In this document: positions 1 through 13,850 of the stretch, one piece after another
Numbering within the stretch: position 1 is the first letter of the stretch
How the letters are laid out: each line of letters opens with the position of its first letter
Assembly: GCA_964016885.1 (NCBI GenBank)
Contig: OZ024745.1
Coordinates: 40,920,001 to 40,984,000, forward strand
Direction: 5' to 3'
Length of the DNA stretch: 64,000 nt
Source of the DNA: Eledone cirrhosa
Lineage: Eukaryota
Program-made: the position numbers and the translations under genes
The notes under the pieces: generated by a model
Databases searched by the model: none
Told to the model about the DNA's origin: nothing
The model's input: only the letters and a program-made list of their open reading frames with translations

Positions 1-1689
1 GATTGGGTAGCTAAGGTACCTGTGGGTAGCTAAAAAATGAGTGGGACCCTGATCAACTTATAACAATCGAAAGCTTTCTATCGGATCGACCATTTTTACC
101 TGGCGGCGGTCATCAAGACAGTCAGCTTCGGGCCCGTTTTCAGAGGTTGGATTGCTGCAGTGCACAACGACATCTGCCCATTAGTTAATGTGAATGAATA
201 CCTCTCATCTCTTTTCTATGTATTTACTCTGTAGTTATTTCTAAACACGGTCTGGAATTATTATTGATACTTTCCGATATAGGTTTTCTGATGTCATTAG
301 GACCGTTAGTTGTCATTTTACGTTTGGCTACAGCCACAGAATCTCCGTCAGCGGCTTTCATTTCCATCCCTTTGCGTACTATGGGAACAAACCACCATGC
401 ATCTTTCAGAATCTCCACACGAAGTTGAAAAATTGAAGCATGAGAAATTAAAAGATTTATTCAAAAAGTGAGTAGGACATCGAGACGATATATAATTCGG
501 CGTAGAAGATGGCAACAACTTTGGTACGGAGAAGAGCCATTGACACCCACTGTATCAGTCACTCCACCTCACGGAACCCCTCCCTCTCACGAGATATGCT
601 CCTTTCAATTTTGCCGGGAAAATTGTTGGCGGTAACGAAAGAGTCTGATATCTCCGTCCTAATGTTTCCCATGAAATACGTGACTTTCATCGGAAAAATT
701 TCCAAAGATTTGAATGTCTTTTAGAGAACCACCTCTTTTTACATATTTTACCTTCCAGCATTATTCCTCTCATCTTAATATTATTTTGCATTAAGTTGTA
801 TTCTGTGTTTCTTTTTCGAATTGTTCTTCACTACTTTTCTTCAGCTAACGAATGGAGAACTCACCTGTTTTGGTATTCAATATTGTATGGCGCTGATTTT
901 TCCCTCCACTCATTCAATGTGGTCGTGATTGTTAAGTGGCACAGTCTAATGGCATCAAACATAGTTTCCTCCCTATATATTGAGTAAATTACGATGTTCC
1001 GGGTATTGATATTCTGGTGTGCTTCTACTAAAATAATTTCTTAGAAGACATTTTTAAATATAGGAATTGTTTGCCGTCGTTGTTTAAGGGATGCGATTCC
1101 CTTGGCGCCCATTGATTGATCGTGTAATGATCATTTCACTTAGAATTTCTACAATCTTGATTCTGCTAATTTTATTGTATTTTGTGTTTGACGTCAAGAG
1201 TATACTGTTGTTTGGGCCTTCTTCTTCGCGTAATTTCGAGTTAAATAAATAATAAAATGATAAAATCGCCTCGCGCAAATAGGAAAAGAATATAAATATA
1301 ATTATAGAAGATAGAAGGAAAGAGTAGAAAATGAAATTCTCATTCTCGTTACAGGTAAAAAAGAATGTAAACAACAAACACAACCACCAGCACTGCCATC
1401 TAAACATTTCTAACGGTAATAACAACAACCACAGCAATAACAACAATACGAACAAATACAAAAATAACAGCAGTGAGAACAACACAGCAACTACCACTCT
1501 CAACCTCAATGCTGCGAACGGTAACAACAACAACATCAATAGAGTCGCTACCACCACCATGACCAAAGCAGCTGATGATGATAACAACAACAAAACAACA
1601 TCAGTAAAAGCAACATAGCAAACATGAAGACATCCCCAATGCCACGGACGGTGGAGACAACAATATCAATTAAAACAACAACAAAAGCA

Positions 1690-1765
1690 AGAGGTAGTAG
1701 TAGTAGTAGTAGCAGCAACAGCAGCAACAGTAGTAGAAGGTATAAGTAGTAGTAATAGTAGTAAC

Positions 1766-1816
<51 letters not shown>

Positions 1817-1904
1817 CGTAGTAGTAGTAGTAGCAGCAGCAGCAACAGCAACAGCAGCAACAGTAGTAGAAGGTATAAGTAGTAGTAGTAGTAGTAGTAG
1901 TAGC

Positions 1905-1935
<31 letters not shown>

Positions 1936-1943
1936 ACAGCTGC

Positions 1944-2008
<65 letters not shown>

Positions 2009-2052
2009 CAACAGTAGTAGTAGAAGGTATAAGTAGTAGTAGTAGTAGTAAC

Positions 2053-2108
<56 letters not shown>

Positions 2109-2206
2109 CAGCAGCAACAGCAACAGCAGCAACAGTAGTAGAAGGTATAAGTAGTAGTAGTAGTAGCAGTAGTAACAGCTGCAGTAGTAGTAGTAGTAGT
2201 AGTAGT

Positions 2207-2244
<38 letters not shown>

Positions 2245-2299
2245 TAGTAGTAGTTGTAGCAGTAGTAGTAACAGCTGCTGTAGTAGTAGTAGTAGTAGT

Positions 2300-2360
<61 letters not shown>

Positions 2361-2395
2361 ACAGCTGCAGTAGTAGTAGTAGTAGTAGTAGTAGT

Positions 2396-2450
<55 letters not shown>

Positions 2451-2485
2451 ACAGCTGCAGCAGTAGTAGTAGTAGTAGTAGCACG

Positions 2486-2517
<32 letters not shown>

Positions 2518-2582
2518 CAGCAGTAGTAGTAGTAGTAGTAGCAGTAGTAGTAGTAGTAGTACTAGTAGTAGTAGTAGTAGTA
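1690..2582. repeat. Compound (AGT)n/(AGC)n microsatellite with recurring AGAAGGTATA spacer
   Basis: Long AGT/AGC runs; the unit CAACAGTAGTAGAAGGTATAAGT (or a close variant) recurs near 1730, 1860, 2015 and 2130. Confidence 0.95.
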
Positions 2583-2938
2583 GACGAAAAACAAGAAGAA
2601 GCAGAAGAAGAACAACAACAACAAAGGCAACAACAACAACAAGAATAAAAAGCCATCCATTACTACAATCATTCTCCACGCAACAGACTGTGATAACAAC
2701 ATCTACAGCAAGCCATACATCAAGGCTATCCAATCCGACATATATTACAGCGCTGCCTACGGTGGTGAATGCGCTGAAATATATTTGATTATAAGTTTGA
2801 CAATCAGGGTTTACCACTGACTAAACATCATCGCCATTGCCGTCTTCATTATCACCGTCACCATCATAACCACCATCACCATCATGATCATCACCACCAG
2901 CATGATCATCACCACCAGCGTCATCATCGTTATTATCA

Positions 2939-3123
2939 TGGCAGTATCGGTAGAGGGTCGGATGCCATGCTTTGACGCATAGAGTTGCGGCCCTTTCCAT
3001 TCTGAGTTCAAATCCCGCCGAGGTTAACTTTGCCTTTCATCCTTACGGGTACGGGGTCGATGAAATAAAGTACCAGTAATGCACTGGTTAATTGCTGGCT
3101 TTGTGCCAAATGTAGAAACAATT
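2939..3123 (+). mobile_element. tRNA-derived SINE (family A, short form)
   Basis: Box A-like TGGCAGTATCGG, box B GAGTTCAAATCCC, central GCCTTTCATCC..GGGGTCGAT..AAAGTACCAG, 3' GTAGAAACAATTATT; many copies in the window. Confidence 0.9.
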
Positions 3124-3537
3124 ATTATCATAAGCAGAGCAGCATTAGAATCATTGCGATTTTCCCGATAACATGTAAGTTTATAGATATCCAAATACCA
3201 GAGCTTGCCGAAACGCTTTATTTCAGGGACGGTCTCCGTCGATAAACGCGGTCTCCTCGGTCAGCCGAACTACTGTTTTCATATGCAAAATTGGGAGATG
3301 TGCATCCCATTTGAAGAAAGATCCCTGTGAGTTTGAGACGCCAATGCAGTGGATGTCGCAGGCAATTCTTCGGAAATATTCTTTTGCCGTCTAGTCTTCA
3401 TTTTACATATCTATGTAAATAAAAACTAGTTTATATAGTAAGAGAAATGTTCAAGTTTGCTTTATAGCATCGAAACTTCCCTTAACGTATACACTCGCAT
3501 GCATACATACATAGACATACACATACGCATAAACGCT

Positions 3538-3593
<56 letters not shown>

Positions 3594-3709
3594 CATACGC
3601 ACAGACAGATACACACACACACACACATATATATATATAGAGAGAGAGAGAAGGATAGAGAGATAGATAGATATCTTTCTTTATTATTTATTTATTATAT
3701 TTATTACTA

Positions 3710-3898
3710 GCAGTGGATTGGCAGTATCGGTAGATGGTCGGATGCAATGCTTTGCAGAAAAGAGTTACGGTCCTTTATGGTGTGAGTTCAAATCCCGCTG
3801 AGGTTAACTTTGCCTTTCATCCTTACGGAGTCGATAAAATAAAGTACCAGTAATGCACAGGGATAATTGCTGGCCTTGTGTCAAAAGAAGAAATAATT
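3710..3898 (+). mobile_element. tRNA-derived SINE (family A, short form)
   Basis: Same box A, box B and central block as 2939-3123. Confidence 0.9.
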
Positions 3899-4134
3899 AA
3901 TTATTTATTATTTTTTTTTATTTTTTCATAGATAGATATTTTACAACAGATCGCTCAACAATTAAAAACCGTTTCTTTTTCTCATGTGTCATCCCTAAAC
4001 ACTAGATTGTAGCTTACAGGTAATCTAATTATAATGAGAAATTTCTAGAACATTATTTCTATCTTCTTTCTCTAACTAACTCCTTATTACTTCAAGAAAC
4101 GAATCTGCTTTTTCTTCAAATTGCATGGCCGATT

Positions 4135-4144
4135 CTACTACTAC

Positions 4145-4236
<92 letters not shown>

Positions 4237-4243
4237 ATAATAT

Positions 4244-4296
<53 letters not shown>

Positions 4297-4333
4297 GTAC
4301 TACTACTACTACTAATACTACTACTGCTACTAT

Positions 4334-4395
<62 letters not shown>

Positions 4396-4398
4396 TTG

Positions 4399-4470
<72 letters not shown>

Positions 4471-4539
4471 TTATTATCGCTGCTGCTGCCACTGATTCTG
4501 CTGCTGCTACTATTACTACTGCTACTGCTACTACTGCTG

Positions 4540-4582
<43 letters not shown>

Positions 4583-4838
4583 CAATAATAATAATAATAA
4601 TTGTTTCTACTTTAGGCACAAGGCCAGCAATTACCCAGTGCATTACTGGTACTTTATTTTTTATCGATCCCGTAAGGATGAAAGGCAAAGTCAACCTCGG
4701 CGGGATTTGAACTCAGATCGTAAAGGGACGTAAGTATGCTGGAAAGCATGGCGTCTGACCCTCTACCGATACTGCCAATCCACATGACTGCTGCTGCCAC
4801 TGCTGCGGCCACAGCTTCTGCTGCTGCTGCTGCTGCTG

Positions 4839-4915
<77 letters not shown>

Positions 4916-5037
4916 ACTACTGGTGCTGCTGCTACTGCTGCTGCTCGTGCTACTACTACTACTATCGCTGCTGCTGCCACTGCTTCTGCTGCTACTGCTA
5001 CTACTACTACTACTACTACCACTACTACTACTACTAT
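4135..5037. repeat. (ACT)n/(GCT)n microsatellite interrupted by a SINE
   Basis: ACT and GCT triplet runs on both sides of the SINE at 4597-4783. Confidence 0.95.
4597..4783 (-). mobile_element. tRNA-derived SINE (family A, short form)
   Basis: Reverse complement of family A consensus (GGGATTTGAACTC, CCGATACTGCCAATCCAC). Confidence 0.9.
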
Positions 5038-5419
5038 GACTTTTATTTTATTTTACTCCTACATCACAGACCCTTCCATCTATTAATGATTTAAGCATGC
5101 CCTCTTTCATATAACACTTTTGACCCTCTGCCTTTACCGATGCTTCGTTTTTCAGGTTTCTCACTAAAAATATCTCTAATACATCATATCAACAACCAGT
5201 ATTACGGAAATCGTAATCTATTTTTCAGATAAATTCGTGCTGTTTTTATTTTTTATTTTTAACATAGCACCACATTGTGATGATTTACGTCTTCCGTCCT
5301 GCGATTATGCCCCCATTTGAAGTAGGTATGATATAAGGGACTGTGCTGATACCGTTTCAGGTCTATGGACAGTGGAACGACTGATCTCGTTGTTGTTCCG
5401 ATTATACTGACGCATGTAT

Positions 5420-5760
5420 TAGCGTCTAGGAAATATATAAGCAGGAATGGAATTCAGGATGACCATAGACTTTGGCAGAAATACTAAGTATAGTGGTTAG
5501 TGCGGGGTCTGGGTGTGTAAGGAGGAAACACGACATGAAATATGAGGGTAATAGATATGACTGAAGGTTGCATGAAATCAGTTAAAAAAAAGCAGAGGCC
5601 CCTGCAGCAGTAATAGAAAAGTCAGAGAAGAGATACCACATTTCTGTACCAGAGATAATAGCACGTTTCTAAGTGAATTTGTTCAGCAATAGTACCATCC
5701 TAGATGAGGGTGACTCACATCATTGCAATGTCCCACCTAAGATTTAGAGATGATTAGCAA
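5420..5760 (-). pseudogene. Degenerate 3' end of a CR1/L2-type LINE RT
   Basis: Minus strand reads ..FLPKSMVILNSIPAYIF, resembling the conserved C-terminal FFPRT..LWNSLP..VFP motif; an upstream RxVxxL.LFY-like stretch is also present. Confidence 0.45.
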
Positions 5761-6469
5761 GCTTTGGGGCTTAATGTAGTTTCTAATTCCGAACAGAAAG
5801 ATACTCTAGTAAATTATATCTTTAATAGCTTTTACTGCTAATCACTCAACTATGTAATTACCTTCACTGGCTTCCTGCCGATTTCATGTGTTGGCATTAT
5901 CTCCCCTTGACCAATTGGTATTTTGAAATTTGAGTTTGCATTTATCATTAATGGAACCTATCAATTATTTAAGGAAGTTGTTAAGTGGATTAATATCTTA
6001 TTCTAAGTTATTTAACATCTTCAAAATACAAATTTTATTATCTTGAGATTAAATAAACTTTTAACTTCATATTACTACTTAAAACCCATGGCAATTCCCT
6101 TAATTAAGTATATATTGTTTATTCTATCATAACTTCGCTCTCCTTAATCGTATTATAATCATACATCATAATTAGTGTAAACAAATATCTATTAACTGTT
6201 ATCTATATTAACTAATCTGAGTCGTTAACATTAGTGAAGTTAAGAAACTGCTATTTACATAACGTTTTCGCAAAACAAACAAGAAAAATTGAAAAACTGA
6301 AAATTAAATGGGGAAAAAGCAGAAAAGGAAGGGCAAATATGGCACCAACATTAGTGCGCAAAAGAGTCAGTAACAACCACTGCATCAGTCACTCCAGTTC
6401 ATGGAGCTCCTTTCAAATTTAAAGAGGAAAATCTCTGTTGGAAGTACGCCTACGAAATACAAACTTACG

Positions 6470-6625
6470 CACACGAGAAAAGGTGTCAGAGAATGACAAA
6501 GCTACCTACTCTGGAATATGTCAATACACACAGACAGGGAGATCAAATTCCACCGAACGGATATTATAGTCAAAGAACACAAAGAAAGAGAAATCTTCTG
6601 ATTGATGTATCAATCCCCTCAATAT
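6470..6625 (+). pseudogene. Fragment of a restriction-like endonuclease (RLE) domain from an R4/Dong-type non-LTR element
   Basis: With frameshifts reads [47 protein letters not shown], matching the W-D..I.TD....NRPDI.....LIDV.IP RLE signature. Confidence 0.7.
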
Positions 6626-6662
6626 ATCTAGCAAAGAAACGATGCGCTAAAAAAATGTGTGC

Positions 6663-6732
<70 letters not shown>

Positions 6733-6755
6733 GTGCGTGTGTGTGTGTGTGTTCG

Positions 6756-6842
<87 letters not shown>

Positions 6843-6847
6843 GTATA

Positions 6848-6932
<85 letters not shown>

Positions 6933-6940
6933 GAACACAC

Positions 6941-7178
6941 ACACCTCGGTTTGGAGGAAACAGCTGTAAGCACAATAATGTTTTGAACAGTTCTTTGATT
7001 CTTATATTTCATATAACTGCTCTGTAAATCATCTGATGTTTTTACATTGAGCTACTTAACTTACTGGTAATAAGGTAGTAATACATTACTGCCTACCACT
7101 ATTTAGGGTTTGTATATAAAAAATACATATAACTGCAAAAGGTTTTTGTATTTACATAACCATAAATAGTATAATTAA

Positions 7179-7183
<5 letters not shown>
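6941..7183 (+). mobile_element. 5'-truncated PLE-type mini element (3' half of HHR + tail), same family as 38818-39123
   Basis: CCTCGGTTTGGAGGAAACAGCTGTAAGCA then a tail colinear with 38900-39123; flanked by (TA)n. Confidence 0.8.
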
Positions 7184-7240
<57 letters not shown>

Positions 7241-7244
<4 letters not shown>

Positions 7245-7642
7245 TTGTGTATAATGGTAGCTATGGTGCTTCCATAGGCGGTGTGCCAAAATTAGCACTC
7301 AATATTCAGCAGAGTAGAGTATGGATAGTATAAAATAACGAAAAATCAGTGATGCATCTGGACTCAATTTATTGCGTGTTACAATTGTTTCGCCGGTAGG
7401 TAGCTCGAGACATGGTCCATGTATGGATCTGGCTGATTCTACGGCTGCAGGTTCCTTCAGACACGGGTAGTTCGTCAGAGCAAATGTTATCACTGGGGTG
7501 TTATTATAAAAAAAACACCTTCAAAAAATCTCTTCCACTCTTGTCATGCCATTGCCTGCTGTTACTCCACGTCATCTGAAGTTCTGGTCACTATTTACTG
7601 CTACACGGGTCATCAGCCATTTTCCGTCCGACACACATCAAT
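7241..7642 (-). mobile_element. HHR-bearing mini element, left copy of an inverted pair with 8730-9051
   Basis: About 320 bp reverse-complement match to 8730-9051, plus an extra 3' tail running into (TA)n. Confidence 0.85.
7375..7465 (-). ncRNA. Degenerate type I hammerhead ribozyme motif
   Basis: CGUGU-CUGAAGG..long helix II region..GAAAC-AAUU-GUA-ACACG. Helix I pairs 5/5; one core position and the base of helix II have drifted. Confidence 0.55.
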
Positions 7643-8034
7643 GGAGTCATGCTGGGTTCGGTATCTCACACGTCTGTTCAGACTCCAGAGTATGTACCCA
7701 CACATACACACACACATATACACACACAGGCAGACACAGACACCTGCGTGCATACACATATGTACGCATACATGCGTAGACACACACACACACCCACATA
7801 TATATATATATACACAAGCACACAGTCTCCCTCTCTTCTACAGACCCAGGCACACCCACTTCTAGATACCAACCGCCACAAGCCTATTAGCGCCTGCTTA
7901 AGTCGCGCCATATATCCGGCCCGACATGCACGACCCACGCAATCATACACATATACACACACATACGCGCGCACACATACCTAAGCACAACCTTATATAC
8001 ATATATATACACACAGACACACGCACATATACAT

Positions 8035-8067
<33 letters not shown>

Positions 8068-8380
8068 CACATGCACACACATACATACAAAATACACATA
8101 CGTACACAAAATTACATACACACATACATACACACACATATATGTGTATATATATATATATACAAAATACACTACATGCATACGCACAACAACAAATATA
8201 TATACTTATATACATGCAGACATATATACATCTACATATACATACGCACACGGACGGCCACATGCAGACACATCTACAAATGCATATTTCCTTACACACA
8301 CATGTTTCCACATATACATATATAAACAAAACCGTAAATTAAAAATACATTATATAATAAAAAACACAATATACCATAAA

Positions 8381-8570
8381 ATAATTGTTTCTACTTTAGG
8401 CACAAGGCCAGCAAATACCCAGTACATTACTGGTACTTTATTTCATCGACCCCGTAAGGATGAAAGGCAGAGTTAACCTCGGCGGGATTTGAACTCAGAC
8501 TGTAAAGGGACGTAACTATGCTAGAAAGCATGGCGTCCAACCCTCTACCGATACTGCCAATTCACCACCC
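8381..8570 (-). mobile_element. tRNA-derived SINE (family A, short form)
   Basis: Reverse complement of family A consensus. Confidence 0.9.
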
Positions 8571-8729
8571 TTATATATATACCATAAAATAATGGCAATA
8601 GATGTATAGCTGACCACATAGAACGACGTAACTTTATAACTGAAGGGCATAACCCTGACGCCCATAGCGGGCAAATAGATACAGAGAACACACGGGAGGT
8701 AATTGTGGTTGGGCGGAGCACAGGACGGA

Positions 8730-9202
<473 letters not shown>

Positions 9203-9212
9203 AAATATATAT

Positions 9213-9486
9213 ATTCGGAAGAGAATGTTTTGGTAAAAACACGAGTAACCAGGAGAAAGCTCTCAACAATCGTTGTTTTTAGTTACGATGTAGAATTTTA
9301 TAAAAATAATAAAATAGGATGCTGAGGTTACATATATCGTTTAATCATTATAAATATTTCCATGGTTCTCCATGCAATCGAGATGTTCTTCATGCATTTG
9401 TCGTTGATTTTGAGAACGGTATCCTCAGATGAAAATCGTTATGTTTGATATGTCGCTGGCAGGAAAAACACACGTCCTATTGCTTG
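9213..9486 (-). mobile_element. HHR-bearing mini element, left copy of inverted pair with 10015-10196 (HHR motif 9345-9432)
   Basis: Minus strand UCAU-CUGAGGA-..GUUCUC..GAGAAC..-GAAAU-AUUU-AUA-AUGA; about 185 bp inverted match to 10015-10196. Confidence 0.75.
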
Positions 9487-10014
9487 CGTGCCCAGCCAAC
9501 ATATGAGTTCAGAGGTAGGTAGGTATACAGAATTGGTGGTATCAATCACCATGACCATATATAGCAACAACAACAATGGTAACAGCATCAAGCACCAACA
9601 CCATCCATCACCCACCCCGTTCGTCGTAGTAGTGGTGGTATCATTTATATTAGTATTAAGCCCATTGGTAACACCACCAACACCACCAACAACAACAACA
9701 ACACCAATAATTATGCCACCACGGTGACGGCGGCAACAGAAAAAGGCCACGCTTCCATGAAGCGAAAATGGGATAGAAAGATAGATGGGTATTTATATAT
9801 ATATATATAAATACATGCACAGTTAATACAGTCCTCTCTATCATTCTAAGGCACAAGGCTAGCAATAATTATAGTGCAGAAAAAACGGTTAAACACATTA
9901 GCATTTAGTCTTAACTACAGTGGCAACAATACTATTAAAAGGACTGTTAGGCTATGGAAGAGAGTTAGGGGAAGCGAAAGTAGGGACAGGAACAAGCAGA
10001 TAAGAAATCGAGAA

Positions 10015-10196
10015 CAAGCAATAGGACGTGTGTTTTTCCTGCAGCGACATATCAAACATATCGATTTTCATCTGAGAATACCGTTCTCATAATCAACAGC
10101 AAATGCATGAAGGACATCTGGATTGCATGGATAACCGTGGAAATCATTATAATGATTAAACGATATATGTAACCCCACCATCTTATTTTGTTATTA
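10015..10196 (+). mobile_element. HHR-bearing mini element, right copy (HHR motif 10068-10155, core mutated to CUGAGAA)
   Basis: Inverted copy of about 9300-9486, ending in (TA)n. Confidence 0.75.
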
Positions 10197-10240
10197 TATA
10201 TATATATATATGAATATCTATCTATCTATATATATATATA

Positions 10241-10434
10241 AATTAGCGAGAATCGCATTTCGGCTAGTGGAAATTAGCGAAAAGCAACTTCCGAATTGTG
10301 TGGCAAACGCTTGATAGATACGATTGTACTAGAGCAATAAACATACGTTAAAAAGGCCACACACACTGAGACGATGGTTAAACCATTAACCGCAAAGCCA
10401 AATGGGCGAACAAGCTATTCGGGTGAAACAAATA

Positions 10435-10437
<3 letters not shown>
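10241..10437 (-). mobile_element. PLE-type 3' tail fragment, related to 38484-38693
   Basis: Shares terminal AGCGAGAATCGCATTT(T)CGGC with 38491-38511; between (TA)n tracts; carries the bulged hairpin. Confidence 0.6.
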
Positions 10438-10511
<74 letters not shown>

Positions 10512-10655
10512 AGGGTTGACGGACCCAGCATATTTATCAATGCCAGTACCGGTTGTATCTCAGCGCACTCAATGGACAATATAAGACACATTACCAGAGT
10601 ATACACATAGTTATTTGCCTCAACACAACACACGTAAAACGGGTGCCTATAAGGT

Positions 10656-10767
10656 TCCCGGACTCGAGTTTCTGCAGCACTAATGCAGCAGTAAGTTGCA
10701 CTGCACCATCTGTCTGCATATATTATGCAACAATGCACAATCGGCTTATGCGGCTTCATCAGGGGGT
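10656..10767 (-). ncRNA. Type I hammerhead motif with long helix II insertion, within a PLE-type element of about 10510-11010
   Basis: CCC-CUGAUGA-A-GCCGCA..UGCUGC-A-GAAAC-UCGA-GUC-CGGG; palindromic UCGA loop; the tail contains the bulged hairpin and ends in (TA)n. Confidence 0.65.
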
Positions 10768-11256
10768 ATCGCCTAATCAATAACCAATCGATCGACATAA
10801 TCCAAACACCGGCCCGTGCCGGTCATGACTGTTTGTGACAACCGACACGGTAAAGCGATTAACTGGCAACCGATAGGACTCTATCTCTCAACTAGTCACT
10901 GATTTACAAATTTTACGTGGGGACGGGAAGCTAAAAAGAATTAATCTATTTGTTCCTGTCAGAAAAACTCAGCCAACGTGTCTCACACACAAATTATCAA
11001 GGGGTGAAATGATGGCTATTAGAAATATTAGTACATACACACACATACACATATATAAACATATTTTAACATATGCCAAAGTTTCCCTAAGTGGAATACA
11101 AGCCAAACTAACTAATACAAAATAATTTCACTCGCATCTTCTCCCCTCTAACTGCAATATCTGTAAAAATAGACAATAATGATTGTCCTAATATATTAAG
11201 GCAACCAGCATTGGCAGAAAATTCGGTCATTAGTTCGTATACGGAATTTATCATTA

Positions 11257-13047
11257 CACCGTGTAACAGAAAGCATTTTTTTCTCTGTTCCTGGCTTGTA
11301 ATCACTTTTTTGTGTTGCTTAGGTCCCAAATAAATAAAAAAGTGTTATTAAACAGTTAAAAGTTTGTGTTTTTTTTTTTATTTTAAGCTATTCACTAGAA
11401 TTATTTGTATGCTGGATTTTACGTTGTATGTAAGTTTAATTTGCTTATGTTAAATGATTTGTTTATATATGTTTCAGGTTAAATTAAAATTATAAAATAA
11501 AGAGTAATACCTAAAGAAAATTATAAAAGTGCAATAAAGTATAAAATTGTTAAAAAGTGGATTAAAGAGATCGATTGATACTGGGGTACCAGAAAAAATC
11601 CCTCACTTCCCAAACCAAAAAGAAGTCAATGACTTGGTCAGGGATATGGGTCTGACCAAGTCCAATGCAGAGCTATTCATCTCCAGGATGAAGCAGTGGA
11701 ACTTGGTTAAGGAGGAAGTGCAGGTGACAAGTCAGAGAAGTAGATACGAACCTTTCTCAGGCTTTTACACTCTTAGGGATGGCCTCTACTTCTGTCATGA
11801 CGTGCCTAGACTGTTTGACGTTATTGGGGTGCCGTTTGTGCCCAAGGAGTGGCGGCTATTTATAGACAGCTCCACCACAAGTTTGAAGGCTGTCCTCCTC
11901 CACAATGGAAACAAGTTCCCGACACTGCCCCTAGCTCATTCAGTCTGACTGAAGGAATATTACTAGAGTGTGAAAGTCCTCTTGGAAGCTCTGCAATACA
12001 ACCAGTACAATTTGGAAATCATTGGAGACTTCAAGATGGTGGCTTTCCTGCTTGGACTCCAAGGAGGCTTTATCAAATGCCAATGCTTCCTCTGCCTTTG
12101 AGACAGCAGAGCCACCTCTGACCAATACAAAAGAAAGAACTGGAGCAGCGAACAGACTTTGTAGTTGGGACCCGGAACGTCATGTGGGGCCACTGGTTGA
12201 TCCCAGGATTGTGCTCATACCGCCACTGCACATTAAGTTGGGGTTGATGAAGCAGTTTGTGAAGGCTCTCAACCAAGAATCAGCCGCTTTTAAGTACCTA
12301 CTTGAGTTCTTCCCAAAGTTATCTGAGGTCAAAATCAAAGGTGGAATTTTTGTTGGACCTCAGATAAAGAAGGTGTTTGAGTCTACCGAGTTCTCCAATA
12401 AGCTCAATAGGATTGAGAGAATAGCATGGAACTGTTTCAAGGCAGTTGTTAAGGGCTTCCTGGGAAACTACACTGCTGTAAACTACCAGCAACTGGTGCA
12501 GGATCTGATAAAGGATTTTGGCGCCATGGGATGCAGGATGTCGCTTAAACTCCATATGCTGGACGCTCACCTGGAAAAATTCAAGGACAATATGGGCGCC
12601 TACTCAGAAGAACAAGGCGAACGATTCCACTAAGATGTGAAAGAGATAGAGCGGAGTTACCAGGGCCACTATAATGAAAACATGACGGGGGACTATATCT
12701 GGGGGCTAGTGCAGGAATGCGACCTGGACTACAGCCGCAAATCCAGGAAATCCAGTCATTTCTGACGTGTATAAGTTGCTTTATAAGTGTTATTTGTTTT
12801 TACTTGTTTGCTTTTGATAAGTTTGTGTAATAAAATAAATATATACTCTGTTGATTTAATTATACGAACTGATAAATTTTAGAAAAATGTGTTTTTTCTT
12901 GAAAATAATGAAAATTTCGAAATATCAAACTCCTTACCACAAACCCAAACTTCTGATTAAATAATAGTGTTTTTTTTATAATGATGGGATATTACAAACC
13001 AGTAAATGACACTTAGAAACGGGGAACAAAAAATATGTTACCCGGTG
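11257..13047 (+). mobile_element. Chapaev3-like (CMC group) DNA transposon, internally deleted
   Basis: Termini CACCGTGTAACA..TGTTCC and GGAACAAAAAATATGTTACCCGGTG form imperfect TIRs around transposase remnants. TSD not preserved (TTA vs TCG). Confidence 0.8.
11582..12765 (+). pseudogene. Chapaev3-like transposase pseudogene
   Basis: Motifs EWRLFIDSS..SLKAVLLHNGN, GDFKMV, PPLHIKLGLMKQFVKAL, GIFVGPQI, MSLKLHML, SEEQGERFH; several stops and a frameshift near 12185; N-terminus missing. Confidence 0.85.
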
Positions 13048-13314
13048 TCGAAGCATAGTGCATCCAGTGACACAGGTATCTAACTCAACCACTGAATACA
13101 TATCAGTATATCAAGGACAATATGATTAGTTAATAATGGCGCCAGTAATAGCACCCATGAGGCATGTCTACAGCAAATCAAAAATAAAGTAGTTGATTTG
13201 GCATGAGTTAAACTATGTTTATATGCGTCTCTGATCTAGATAATTTTAGCTATCTTTTCATTGTGATGTGCCGTATATTAGTGACCTTTTATTATCCTTT
13301 TCTTTCTTTCTCTG

Positions 13315-13431
<117 letters not shown>

Positions 13432-13725
13432 GAGAGAGAGAGAGAGAAATAGAGAGGTGTGTGTGTGTGTATAGATAGAGATAGATAGATCGTGACATAG
13501 ATAGATAAACAGATAGATAATTAAATAGATGACAACAAATGAAATAAAACAATTAACATTATATGTAACATTATTTATACTATAGATGCAAACTATTGAA
13601 CATCTCATTTCTAAGTAGAGCAAAAGGTCAGTAAATAGATTTGCAAAAATCGATATTAAATCGTGGAAAACTGAGCCTGAAGTTAGATGAGGTGATCATA
13701 AGTATAGTCTTCGAAACATTGAACC

Positions 13726-13850
13726 CAGGCATAGCTGATTGTTTAACAAATTTGCTTCAACATAAAGAAGACATTGGGTTCAATCCCACTCTGTGGTATC
13801 ATGATCAATTGCTTTTCTCTATAGCTTCAAGTTGATCGAAGCCCCGTAAA
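13726..13850 (+). mobile_element. Old degenerate tRNA-derived SINE (second family)
   Basis: Box B-like GGGTTCAATCCC at about 13776 preceded by a decayed box A region. Confidence 0.4.

Noticed and set aside
224-418. 64-aa minus-strand ORF as a first coding exon
   Set aside because: No recognisable homology and only a weak donor; could be UTR. Not called.
2939-3030. tRNA genes at box A/box B motifs
   Set aside because: No cloverleaf; the motifs are heads of multi-copy SINEs.
1084-5086. Poly-L/T/S/V/Y ORFs
   Set aside because: Translations of AGT/ACT/GCT microsatellites.
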